Origin: Nitrospinaceae bacterium
GTDB lineage: Bacteria; Nitrospinota; Nitrospinia; Nitrospinales; Nitrospinaceae
Reading direction: 5' to 3'
Assembly: GCA_965223665.1 (NCBI GenBank)
Contig: OZ245011.1
Location: 1,696,001-1,760,000 of the forward strand
DNA length: 64,000 bases
Both the position numbers and the translations under genes were made by a program. Every line of letters begins with the position of its first letter. The first letter of the stretch is position 1. The notes under the pieces are model-generated. The model was given only the letters and a program-made list of their open reading frames with translations, made no database searches and was not told the DNA's origin. Positions 10,374 to 19,962 of the stretch are shown one piece after another.

Positions 10374-10686
10374 AAATGTTTCCCGAATTCTATTGCTGGC
10401 TCTGATATCAGGAATGCTGTTGCTTTTTATTGCAGGCTGCCCCGGCCCTCAAAACGAAAAACCTACGGGTTCACCGGGCAAGGACAGCGACGGTTCCACT
10501 AACTCCGATACAAAACTACCTGATGCCAACGCCAGTGTGGATACCGGAGTCGAGGGTCACATTTTTACATTTCCGAAAGAAACGGACCCGGCCGGTCCGG
10601 ACATCCAGGAGGAACCGGATATTTTACCGGAAGCCGAGGAAGAATTGAATACTATGAGCAAGGATCAAGCCCCGGAATCAAAATAA
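10360..10686 (+). CDS. Low-complexity lipoprotein
   Basis: Lipobox IAGC followed by a P/D/E-rich tail. Confidence 0.55.
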   Translation: MNPPENVSRILLLALISGMLLLFIAGCPGPQNEKPTGSPGKDSDGSTNSDTKLPDANASVDTGVEGHIFTFPKETDPAGPDIQEEPDILPEAEEELNTMSKDQAPESK

Positions 10687-10748
10687 AGGAGACCATTCCA
10701 CAAATATATGGTTATTATACGAAACAGGTGGATTCAAAACTAAAGACC

Positions 10749-10803
10749 CATGCGCTTCCCCTTCCATGAAGGGGGCCGGGGGGATTTTACCTCCAGGGGT
10801 TTT
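10749..10803. repeat. Short copy of the palindromic MITE/REP-like family
   Basis: ccccttccatgaagggggccgggggattttacctccaggggtttt. Confidence 0.75.
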
Positions 10804-10861
10804 GATAAAATTTAACATTATGAAATGCCCTTCACTTGAAGGCTGTTATTCAGAAAAGCAT

Positions 10862-12355
10862 ATGTCGCAAAACAAAACAACATTCATTAAATTTTGTTTC
10901 ACGTTACTTCTTGTGATGGTTTTTTTCATAGTCGCCGGTCCACCTGTGGAATCAGCCGTTAAAAACCCTCAAGCGAATAATGAAAAAGCTTTAGACCTGA
11001 TTAAGGAATCGGCTGGAGACATTTGTAAACAAATGAAAGAGACTCCTTCCATTAAAAATCTGGAGCGAACGAAAAAGACTCAAACCCTATTAGAAAAACT
11101 CACTGTACGGTTGTCCAAGATGCAGGCGGGAGTCGCCTCTTTGTATACCGACAAATATTCCCAAGAGGAATTGCAGGACCAGTTAATCGGTGCTTTTAAA
11201 AATATAAAAACCTGTCGGCAGGAAGTGTATTACCGAATCCAGGAAACCTTGATTCCCTCTCAGTCTGCCATTGAACTGGATGAATTAATAAAAAAGCAAA
11301 AGAAAAAAGAAGTCGAAGAGGAAGATACTTTCTCCGAAGATGAATCACCGGAGGCTCCCAAACCTAAAACCAAAGGCGACATCGTTGTAAAGGGAAACAC
11401 CAAAACAAATATCAAACAGGGAGTGGTGATTCAAAATAATACCGTTATCAATAAAAACTCTACCAATTTGGGAACAATCAACAAAAACTCTCCAAATATT
11501 GGCAGCATAAAAACGAAGTCCGGATCGTACAATTCCCACAGTACGGGAACCGGTACGGGAAAAGGTTATGTGACCACGGGCAAGGTCTTGACCAAAAAAA
11601 CGAAAAAGAAAAAAAAGAAACGGAGACCTGCCAAACCCAAAATGGCTCAGAAAAAAGTAAAGCCGAAATCCACACCGGGCCCACCTCCGGTGGTGGTCGA
11701 AATTGAGCCAAAACCAGATTCACCAGTTACCGTGCGTAGTGGCGGCCAACGCTTAACCGGACGTGCCTTTCTGGTGAGAAAAGATGTAGAGCAACCCGGT
11801 TACGGACTCTACAGTTATATCGTTTTCGCCAAACCCGTGAACGCAGGCAATGCGGACCTTTACACCGCCGTATTGAAAGCCTTTTTAAAATTGGAAACCG
11901 TACAGGATTTTGAAGCGCATGGTGTAGAGCGGCAGGAACTGAACATCACTTACCTGCCCTTGGATAAGTCTTATCCTATAGGCAAGCTTCCCGCACCCAA
12001 ATGGTTTTTACAGCATTACGATTACGCCCGCGCTAAAGTCCTCCTTAGAGCTATTCCGGAAGTTAAAGGTGACGGACCTTTTATCTTTTCCTATAAAGCC
12101 CCGCTCAACAGCAAAACGGAAATCGATCCGGAAATGATGTTACGTCAGGATCTATCCGGGGTACCACCACGGTTGGCGTTTCTTTGGGTCGACGAATTTG
12201 TGAACCAGGCGCAGAAAGAAAACTATTGGGATTCCAGCATCCTCGCCAGTTTTAAATTAGGATTGCGCAAAACCATCGCCGTCGCCGCCGAAGCCTTCAC
12301 CGAAGTAAAATCCGCCCACGCCGAAGTCCTCGACTTCATGGAAAAAATAAAGTAA
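10862..12355 (+). CDS. Exported multidomain hypothetical protein
   Basis: Track ORF 10766..12355, whose 5' extension lies in a repeat; MSQNK start precedes a signal/TM segment; helical domain, N/T/I-rich segment, K/P-rich linker, globular C-terminal domain (GYGLYSYIVF, YDYARA, DLSGVPP). Confidence 0.7.
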   Translation: MSQNKTTFIKFCFTLLLVMVFFIVAGPPVESAVKNPQANNEKALDLIKESAGDICKQMKETPSIKNLERTKKTQTLLEKLTVRLSKMQAGVASLYTDKYSQEELQDQLIGAFKNIKTCRQEVYYRIQETLIPSQSAIELDELIKKQKKKEVEEEDTFSEDESPEAPKPKTKGDIVVKGNTKTNIKQGVVIQNNTVINKNSTNLGTINKNSPNIGSIKTKSGSYNSHSTGTGTGKGYVTTGKVLTKKTKKKKKKRRPAKPKMAQKKVKPKSTPGPPPVVVEIEPKPDSPVTVRSGGQRLTGRAFLVRKDVEQPGYGLYSYIVFAKPVNAGNADLYTAVLKAFLKLETVQDFEAHGVERQELNITYLPLDKSYPIGKLPAPKWFLQHYDYARAKVLLRAIPEVKGDGPFIFSYKAPLNSKTEIDPEMMLRQDLSGVPPRLAFLWVDEFVNQAQKENYWDSSILASFKLGLRKTIAVAAEAFTEVKSAHAEVLDFMEKIK

Positions 12356-12445
12356 AAACTATTTTCCCACTTTCCATAACAGGACCAACTAGATTAAATT
12401 TATTGATCTCCTCAATCTTTAAAAAAAACATGAAGGAGTAGAACG

Positions 12446-13070
12446 ATGTATTCCCTCTTTCCAATCTAGCGATTGGAAGCAATAAGGATTCTCAAAAGTT
12501 TGTAGACAAATGATATTTTGACAAACCTGACGAATATTTATTCCGGGTGCAGCGTCACGCTGCGGCTGGGGGGATTGACATTAAGCAATTTTAGATGAGT
12601 TCTTACAAATTACGATAACCCTTGAAGTAAAATTTTAAAAAAGGCCGATGTGTTCCCCCTTTTTGAAGGAGACCTTTGCATAGCCAGGGATTATTGAACA
12701 AACAAATTCAACAAAAGAGCGGAGACCCATGTTCGCCCTCTTTTTAAAGAGGGCCGGGGTGATTGACCGCCTGGGGTTTTGCGGCGAACCGCCGCTGGCA
12801 GAATTTAATTTACGATGATCGGTGGTGAACGCAGAATCGACAGATGCTTTTCCATAGTGGAAATTTCTGTCAGAAACAATTAATAAAACGGGAGCCAATG
12901 TTCGCTCTCTTTCCCAACCTGGCAATTGGAAGCACTCACTCGCCGTGAGGGACAACTGAGATTTTAGAAACCTTTGTGACAATATAGTATTTACTTATAC
13001 TCATCGCAAATGAAATATTGGCAGCGGGGCCTACCCCGCGGGCCGGGGTGATTGACCGCTTGGGATTTTG
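12446..13070. repeat. Cluster of nested or degenerate copies of the MITE/REP-like family
   Basis: ccctctttccaatctagcgattgg (12453), atgtgttccccctttttgaagg (12648), ggagacccatgttcgccctctttttaaagagggccggggtgattgacc (12721) and ggccggggtgattgacc (~13041); shared with 42977, 44753 and 46643. Confidence 0.75.
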
Positions 13071-13452
13071 AGTTTTTTATAAAATTACTGGAATAAAATA
13101 TTAAAGAATAGATCCATGGGTTCTCCCTATTTGGAAAGCCCCAAGAGTAATTTTCGATTGTTGTCAACCTTCTCAAACAGGCCAATCCCTCGAGGAACCA
13201 AAACCTACCTATTTTTGATTAGAAACCATCAAAACTTTTCCCTCCAAACCTCTCATTATTTAAATACGCCCGATTTTTCCTTGATTCATGCATCAGATTC
13301 AACTAGGGTGAGGAAGAAATTTAATTAAGCCACCGCCCAACAAATATACTACTAGGAAATCCTTAACCTCCCGTGGGTGTTGGGTTATTTGAGTTCGAAT
13401 TTATTGCTCAATTTATCAATATTAATTCTATTTCTATATATTGGAGGGAAAA

Positions 13453-13794
13453 ATGAGCATAGAAGGTTTATGGTCCATTCAATTTCAAGAATCAACAAAA
13501 GGAAACACGGGAGCTGGGGTTGTAGTTTTTGAAACTCAACGCGTATTTGGAGGGGATTCGGGATATTATTATATAGGCAATTACAAGGTTGAAGGTAACA
13601 AAATGGAAATCGAAGCTAAAATAACAAAATATGGCCACGTTCCTATGGATTCAATCTTTGGACCATTAGGAGAATTTGATGTAATTATGAAAGGAGATAT
13701 AACCGAAAAAGAACTTTTATTCCAAGGTCATTTAAAAAATAATCCGAGTCTTAGTCTCCAAATCATTGGCAAAAAGTTAAGTGACCTCCCTTAA
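13453..13794 (+). CDS. GrlR-family beta-barrel protein
   Basis: IEGLWSIQF...GAGVVVFE..RVFGGDSGYYYIGNY; GGAGG RBS. Confidence 0.7.
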   Translation: MSIEGLWSIQFQESTKGNTGAGVVVFETQRVFGGDSGYYYIGNYKVEGNKMEIEAKITKYGHVPMDSIFGPLGEFDVIMKGDITEKELLFQGHLKNNPSLSLQIIGKKLSDLP

Positions 13795-13960
13795 TAGATT
13801 ATTAATGTCTATTGTTTAGATAATCAAAATTTGAATATTGAGAATTACTAAGTGAGAAATTTAAGGTTAAAATTGAATTCTCTGTTTGAACAATGAAAGA
13901 TACTGACCAGGTTTAAGAACCAATTTTTTTTAACGGGGTTCAAAAACTCACTTTAAATCT

Positions 13961-15556
13961 ATGTCTGAAAATATAAACAAAATTGAAAATGAAATTGATT
14001 TATTTTTCGAAAATAACAAACTTAAAGAAAAAGGGTTTGCACAAGCCGCCTGGACATTATTATCTGTAAATGAAGATCGTTTTCTATTTGCGATTCATAA
14101 CTACTCAGAAAATGAAATAGATATTTTTGCTGACCAACATATTAATTGTTTAACTTATCCCCTTAGGTTCTTAAAAAAAGAAAATTTTTCAAATTTAAAA
14201 AAGTTTTGCAGGGAATTAATTAATGATGATTATCAATTTGCCACAGATTGGATAGAATCTGCATTAAGCTATGATCTATATTCAACGATATTTCCCCTTT
14301 ATCATAGGAACTTCGTAAACATTTCTGTGGAAGAAAATAAACTTATTCCAATTGAAAATTGGAATTCCGACAAAGACTATGAGGCATATAATAGATTAGT
14401 CCAAAGGGAAGCGAAAAATAAATTATTAAGTTTTTCCCTTGATCCAGATTTTTTTGAATTCATCTTTTCAAAAACAAAATATGGGAGAAATTGGTTCAAA
14501 ATAAATTTTGATCAGAAAATAATACATTATTTAACATCAAATGTTTATTCAATATTTGATATAAAGTTTAGTCTCCCAGAAGATTGGCACCTTGGTGACT
14601 TTACCTTTCAAGAATATAAAAATATAATTATTACAATTCAATCTATGCTTTACGCATGGTTTCAGGTCCGGATTTCATTGGTAAATAATGGGTTAGAGGA
14701 ATTGGGATATAAATCTTCTGTCTATGTAGTCAAAATAGAAACACTTATAAAATTATTAGTCAAACACTCAAATTATAATCCTGAAAAAGTTGAAAAAATT
14801 TTAAACTTAGTTACATTTGGCTCAAATGGAATAAATGATCCTGATATTGCCAATCAACCTCTCATAGATTTAAAAAATGGGCATTATGCACTTTCCCCTT
14901 TCTTATGGTTGAATGGAAATACCGAAAGAAACCTTTGTGTATTATTAAACAAAATACCAAGATACAGAAATTTATATTTATCATTCGTCAATGAAAAGGA
15001 AGAACTACAAAAAGAGGATATCCAAAATTTTTTAACTTCAAAGGGTTTTTTTATTATTAAAAGTCAACAATTGGAAAATACGGACCTCGATATCGCAATT
15101 ATCGATCATAATAACAAATCATGTCTATGTTTAGAACTAAAGTGGTTTATTGAACCAGCAGAGGTAAGGGAGATTGTTGACAAAACTGAAGAATTAAAAA
15201 AGGGAATCGATCAAGGAAAAATAATATTTGAATTATTTAAGAATAAAGACCCTCATTTTATTAATAATATTCTTAAAATTGATTTTGATTATAATTTCCT
15301 TGTAGCCGTGGCTTCACAAAATTGGATTGGGTTTTCTGATTTCCAAGATAATGAAATTCCCATAATCAAACTATGGGATTTATTATATAAAATCGAAGAA
15401 CTTAAATCGCTTTTAAAAGTGAATAAATGGTTAGCAAAAAAAGAGTATTTGCCCAAAAAAGGTATTGATTATGAAATCCATTACAGAGATATTCCTTTCG
15501 GAAAGTGGACAACTACCTGGTATGGAATCAAACCACTAATTCCTCTCCGTGGATAA
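13961..15556 (+). CDS. AT-rich hypothetical protein with putative C-terminal PD-(D/E)xK nuclease domain
   Basis: TDLDIAIID....CLCLELKW; QPLI.L.NG.Y.LSP motif upstream; markedly AT-rich. Confidence 0.65.
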   Translation: MSENINKIENEIDLFFENNKLKEKGFAQAAWTLLSVNEDRFLFAIHNYSENEIDIFADQHINCLTYPLRFLKKENFSNLKKFCRELINDDYQFATDWIESALSYDLYSTIFPLYHRNFVNISVEENKLIPIENWNSDKDYEAYNRLVQREAKNKLLSFSLDPDFFEFIFSKTKYGRNWFKINFDQKIIHYLTSNVYSIFDIKFSLPEDWHLGDFTFQEYKNIIITIQSMLYAWFQVRISLVNNGLEELGYKSSVYVVKIETLIKLLVKHSNYNPEKVEKILNLVTFGSNGINDPDIANQPLIDLKNGHYALSPFLWLNGNTERNLCVLLNKIPRYRNLYLSFVNEKEELQKEDIQNFLTSKGFFIIKSQQLENTDLDIAIIDHNNKSCLCLELKWFIEPAEVREIVDKTEELKKGIDQGKIIFELFKNKDPHFINNILKIDFDYNFLVAVASQNWIGFSDFQDNEIPIIKLWDLLYKIEELKSLLKVNKWLAKKEYLPKKGIDYEIHYRDIPFGKWTTTWYGIKPLIPLRG

Positions 15557-15635
15557 AACAAAATTTCAATTAATGGTGATAAAAACCTTTCCATTCTAAC
15601 TTTTAAATTAAAATTATTTTTGAACCCATGATAAA

Positions 15636-17339
15636 TCATTCTTGTTCCATCCCCTCCCCATCCAATACTTTCTTGATGGATTTTTTGACGTCGGCGTTGG
15701 GTTCGAGGGAGTGGGCTTGCTCCAGGGCGGGTTTCACTTCGGCCGGCCAGGCGGCTTGGCCCCATGCACTTAAGGCGTTGAGTGCCATGTTGCGGTTTCT
15801 GATGACAGAACTTTTTAAACTGGCTTCAATCAACTTCCAACCTTTGCCGGGGAAACGTTTCAGGTCTTGCACAATAAACTCCAACGCCTGATGCGCTTCA
15901 AATCCGGGGCCCAGGCCCAACTCTTCCCCTGCACCCGTCGCGACTTTTTCCAATGGCAACATCTCTTCTGCCAGGGCAACCACGTTTTCAATGCGAGCCG
16001 CATCGTCCGTTTGCATCAGGTAGTACCACTCGTTTCCGTTTCCGCTTTTCTGTCTCTTAAAATGATACTCCCAAACGTCGACGTCCAACACTTGCGCCAC
16101 CGAGGTCAAGGTATAGAATTCATGATCTTCTAAATCATCTTCGCTGTCCAATGCCTTCAACACTTCTTCTTTCCAACCGGGTCGGTCCAAAATAGAATGA
16201 CAGGCCGCGGCAATTTCCTCGCGCACTTCGAGAGTCCAGCCTATTTTTTCCAGACCCGACCAGTTGTCATCCGGGTCGTCCGACTCGTCGGACTCCACAA
16301 AGTCACGAATCACGTCGACAATTTTTAATTGATACAAATCCGGAAGTTCCGCTTCGATATGTTTTAAATAAAGCCGAGTCACTTCCACTCCATCAGCATA
16401 ATCCTTGATTCCTTCTGCCGGTCCGCCGTAAATTAAATTTTCAAGGATGTCACCCGCTCCCTGCAGTAACTCGTCGTCCGGCTCGTCCTGCTTTAAGGCG
16501 GTCAACAGGTCCCCCGTGACCGCACAGGTGTACACCAGGTATTCATAACTAATAGAATTTTTATATCCTTCACGCAGTAACCAGTCTTTAATTTCCGGAT
16601 TCGTCGTTTTCGTCAAATTCTCGACCAAATGAATTCGTCCCCATCCTTCTACCATTTTTGCACTTTCCCAAATTGTCGGTTCCGGATCATTTAGAGACGT
16701 CATCAAAGCAGTACCCGCGTATAAAGTAAACTCATCGTGACGCGCAAAGGTCATGAACAATTTCTTATGCTGCTCACCCTCAAAAATTCCAAGAATCGCC
16801 AGCGCCACTTTAATCGGTTCGCGGTCGGGCGATTCGGTAGCAATCCACCGCGCGAAATCATGAACTCGATCCACGTTCAGGTTTTTACTTTCAGTAATCA
16901 GGGTTAATAAATCATCGATAAAGCTGAGAACGTTTCCCTTTAATAGAAGTTTATAAAAGGAATCGACTTTTTGTTGGGTCGGTTGCTGGATGAGCGATTC
17001 CAATTCCTTGAATATTTTTTGGACGGCATCTTTGTTTTCCGGATCATCCATGTGGTGCGTGAAGACTCCGTCCATAGCGCCGCCAGCCCAGCGAATCTTT
17101 CCATCGGCGAAGACTACGCTATCGTCGGGCAGTTGGAGCTCTTTACGGGAACCGTTGATTTCGCTCATCAAAAAGGAACAAATAGCAACGCGGTTGGTGT
17201 CCCACGGTTTCGGCATCTCAGCCAGGTCCCACTCCAGGGGAGAGTCTTCCTCAGTTTTGCCACCCGGCCGCCAACCGGTTAGAAACAAACCAAACGCGAC
17301 AAAGATCACGATACAAATGATAATAGTTAAGGGGTTCAT
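15636..17339 (-). CDS. Membrane-anchored alpha-helical (HEAT-like) repeat protein
   Basis: N-terminal TM; VKxA(L/I)-type helical repeats, GWGRIHLVE.L, IKDWLLREGY.N, L.S.VIRNRN.AL.AL..W. Confidence 0.75.
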   Translation of the reverse strand: MNPLTIIICIVIFVAFGLFLTGWRPGGKTEEDSPLEWDLAEMPKPWDTNRVAICSFLMSEINGSRKELQLPDDSVVFADGKIRWAGGAMDGVFTHHMDDPENKDAVQKIFKELESLIQQPTQQKVDSFYKLLLKGNVLSFIDDLLTLITESKNLNVDRVHDFARWIATESPDREPIKVALAILGIFEGEQHKKLFMTFARHDEFTLYAGTALMTSLNDPEPTIWESAKMVEGWGRIHLVENLTKTTNPEIKDWLLREGYKNSISYEYLVYTCAVTGDLLTALKQDEPDDELLQGAGDILENLIYGGPAEGIKDYADGVEVTRLYLKHIEAELPDLYQLKIVDVIRDFVESDESDDPDDNWSGLEKIGWTLEVREEIAAACHSILDRPGWKEEVLKALDSEDDLEDHEFYTLTSVAQVLDVDVWEYHFKRQKSGNGNEWYYLMQTDDAARIENVVALAEEMLPLEKVATGAGEELGLGPGFEAHQALEFIVQDLKRFPGKGWKLIEASLKSSVIRNRNMALNALSAWGQAAWPAEVKPALEQAHSLEPNADVKKSIKKVLDGEGMEQE

Positions 17340-17421
17340 ATAATGAATGAAGGGTTTTAAAACATTGAAATGAAATTTTACTTAGATGGATTGTCTCATT
17401 TTATTTATCAATAAACGAGAA

Positions 17422-17462
17422 AATTCCTCCGATCCCCAAACTAAATAGGGAATGGAGGAATT
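17422..17462 (-). terminator. Hairpin downstream of the TerD-domain gene
   Basis: Inverted repeat aattcctcc...ggaggaatt. Confidence 0.45.
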
Positions 17463-17476
17463 GGTTTGAAAAGAGT

Positions 17477-19457
17477 TTACAAATACTCTGCCAGTATGGT
17501 TTCAGTATCGTAAGGAGTGATTCCTTCTTCGATCGAAAACACAGTTTCGGCGTTTTCTTTCTCGGAAACTATCTGCCCGCGTCCCAAAGCGTGCAACTCG
17601 AACAAGTCGTACAACTTCGGCGCCTGCAAACCGGTCATGGCTTTCCCGATGAGAACAATTCCTTTCTCGTTCCCTTCCACATTGTTGTACCAATACGGAT
17701 TTCGAGTTAAAGCCAAATCGGTCCAAATGAACTGACGTTCTTTCAGATCCAGAATGACAGGAATACAAATACTGGTATTCGACGCAATATCGATTTTTTC
17801 CGATACCGTACTCGGCTCGAAAATCTCTCCGGAGTCCGGACTCTTCCGCATCATCCAACCTGCATAACACTCCGGCAGGTTGCAGTAAGGTTGTCCGGAA
17901 AAGGAGTACAAAGACATCACCACATACCGTGATTGTTGACTCAACGATTTGTTGATATCTATGTCAATAAACTCACAGGCTCCAAAAGGCGCCGAGGTAA
18001 TATCACCGCTATGAAACACACCCATCCGTTTGGATTTCAGATTGGTGTAAGAAACATGGTTTAGATATTTCCAGTTCTCATCATAAAACACCGCAGACAA
18101 GTCAATATCCACACGTCCGGTAGACACACCGTTCACAATCCCTTCTTTCCACCAAAGAAAAAACCGAATGGTGTTTTTTCCGGGCATCGGGAAACGAGAA
18201 CCTCTTGCCAGGTTGCGTAAACTTTTACTCGCCGACCGTTGTGCCAACGGCACGGTATAACTGTCCAACCGGGGATTGATGTAAACCTTACCCAACTCCG
18301 ACAGTTTGCCAAACCGATCAATGAGGGCCTGACGGATCAACTCCACCAAAGCATCGCACACTTCTCGACTCAACTCAGGCAACGCGTTAGGTATTCCATA
18401 CGCTTTAGCGACTTCTCCCTTGGGAAAAAACACCCGCAAATCACGCGGCTCCAATCGACCTTTAAAGTGTGCCAGGTTTTGTAACAAAACGTTAGTCGAC
18501 ACCTGACCGACCACCTTAGCGAAAGGTTCCAACACCGTGGACGGATCTTCCGCAGACCGCAACAGAAAATCCAACCGACGCGCAAACTCTCCCGGACGCG
18601 TTTGCAATTGTTCCACTGCCTTGGAAAATTCTTTGCGTTCCAAAGCCGCTTCCAAAATGTTATTGAAGGTTGCAAACGGTTTATCGTTACGGATCACATC
18701 AAGCGCTTCCGCCACTTTGGGATACACGTGTTGGTATTCCGTAGGATGCAACTTCTCACCCAACCGGATCCACCGCTTTTTATATCGCAGCATGTCCTCC
18801 ACAATGGCAGGCCGTTGTTCCAACAGGTTCAACAGAAACCGGCGTTCTGATCGACGGAAATTTTTGAACTTGGTGTTCGCCGCCAGGCTCACATCCCCAC
18901 CGGACAAACCCACCGCCAACCGCAATACATCGGTGGCCGTTTTAAAATGATCGGCTACCAGTTCCTGCGCGTTGTCCACATGCACCAACAGCAACCCACA
19001 CACATAAGCCAGGTTTTCCTTATTGGTAAACATTTCCGGCAAAAATCGATCGATCTCCCCGGAATAAGAACGGACAAACCAAGCCAGGTCGCTTTTTCTT
19101 GATAAACTCCGGCATGAACCGAACCCCAATCACATCACCTAAGTAATGAATCAGGTTTATATCAAACAATAACTCTTTCCGCATTTCCTGCACCTGCTTG
19201 GGAAAGTTGGGATACATGGGTCGAAACTTCACATGCGCACCCACCATTTCCTTCAAGTAGGAAGCCAGGTTTTCATAGAACGACTTCAATGCCTTTTCAT
19301 CCAAGGTACTCAACCGTTCAGCCAGTGTATCGGAAATTGCGTACCCGAGCGGTTTGATATTTTGATTCAACGCCACCATGTATTTAGGGTCCAGCTGACT
19401 GGTTCCCGCGGCGACTATAACTTTGTTTTTTCGTCTTAAAAATATTTTGTTCTTCAT
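17477..19457 (-). pseudogene. Alpha-helical (ROT/TROVE-like) + C-terminal TerD-like domain protein, split by a frameshift near 19090
   Basis: 5' ORF 19020..19457 (LGY..S, GAHV..RPMYPNFP..V) and 3' ORF 17477..19129 (TATDVLRLA..LSGGDVSL, RPGEFARRLD.LLR, RFFLWW, DIDLSAVFYD, HSGDITSAP.GACEFIDI) read as two halves of one protein family in different frames. Confidence 0.8.
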
Positions 19458-19468
19458 TGCTCTATTTA

Positions 19469-19532
19469 GAGGGAAATGGAAGCCCTATTGCCATCCCAAA
19501 TGGTTAATAGAAGGAAGGACTTCCCTAGCCTC
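19469..19532 (-). ncRNA. Putative Y-RNA-like small RNA, copy 3
   Basis: GAGGCUAGGGAAGUCCUUCCUUCUAUUAACCAUUUGGGAUGGCAAUAGGGCUUCCAUUUCCCUC: GAGG/CCUC closing stem, GGAAGUCC/GGGCUUCC stem, UUCCUUC loop, apical hairpin. Confidence 0.7.
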
Positions 19533-19590
19533 GCACTCCGTTGTTACATGTTTCTATTAAGAAGAGACTTTACATAAGTAATCAAATTGG

Positions 19591-19712
19591 AAAACCCCTG
19601 GAGGTGAATCACCCTGACCCTCTTTAGAAAAGAGGGCAAACATGGGTTTTCTAATTTATATTTCTTTTGTTTGTCGTGAACTCATAGTTACGCAAAGGTC
19701 TCTATATAAAAA
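19591..19712. repeat. MITE/REP-like copy (reverse orientation) between ncRNA copies 2 and 3
   Basis: aaaacccctggaggtgaatcaccctgaccctctttagaaaagagggcaaacatggg is the reverse complement of the family core at ~46720-46775. Confidence 0.7.
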
Positions 19713-19776
19713 GAGGAAACTGGCAACCCTAGGATCCATTCAAGGTGGTTGAAGAAGGAAGGATTGCCATAGCCTC
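19713..19776 (-). ncRNA. Putative Y-RNA-like small RNA, copy 2
   Basis: GAGGCUAUGGCAAUCCUUCCUUCUUCAACCACCUUGAAUGGAUCCUAGGGUUGCCAGUUUCCUC: UGGCAAUCC/GGGUUGCCA stem, same UUCCUUCU loop. Confidence 0.7.
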
Positions 19777-19806
19777 GTACTTCGTAAATCAAGTCGTATT
19801 CAAAAT

Positions 19807-19871
19807 GAGGAAAGTAGCAGCTCTATGACCAAGGTTTGAATTGGGGTAGAAGGAAGAACCGCCATAGCCTC
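19807..19871 (-). ncRNA. Putative Y-RNA-like small RNA, copy 1
   Basis: GAGGCUAUGGCGGUUCUUCCUUCUACCCCAAUUCAAACCUUGGUCAUAGAGCUGCUACUUUCCUC: UGGCGGUUC/GAGCUGCUA stem with G-U pairs, same loop. Confidence 0.7.
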
Positions 19872-19962
19872 AAAATTTTTACTACTTTTCAATTTAATAT
19901 TTATTTTTCATTTAAATATTGAACTCATACTATTAGCTCTCCATTTCAGTATGCCTACAGAA

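Noticed and set aside
10766-10861. N-terminal extensions in the ORF track (also 26233, 27891, 38453, 44999, 22885)
   Set aside because: Downstream starts have better RBS or signal-peptide placement; the extensions run through repeat, promoter or leader DNA.
12635-13328. Short ORFs 12635..12982, 12991..13185 and 13116..13328 (also 46615..46839)
   Set aside because: They largely overlap or adjoin the dispersed repeat; the shared KRANMGLRSFV peptide in 12635 and 46615 simply reflects the DNA repeat.
19085-19105. Programmed -1 frameshift at AAG AAA AAG
   Set aside because: The downstream frame is +1, the heptamer is not a clean X XXY YYZ, and sequence appears to be missing at the junction.
19469-19871. 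CRISPR array interpretation of the three repeats
   Set aside because: Units are 64-65 nt, internally variable with covariation and irregularly spaced (30 and 180 nt), and there are no cas genes in the window.
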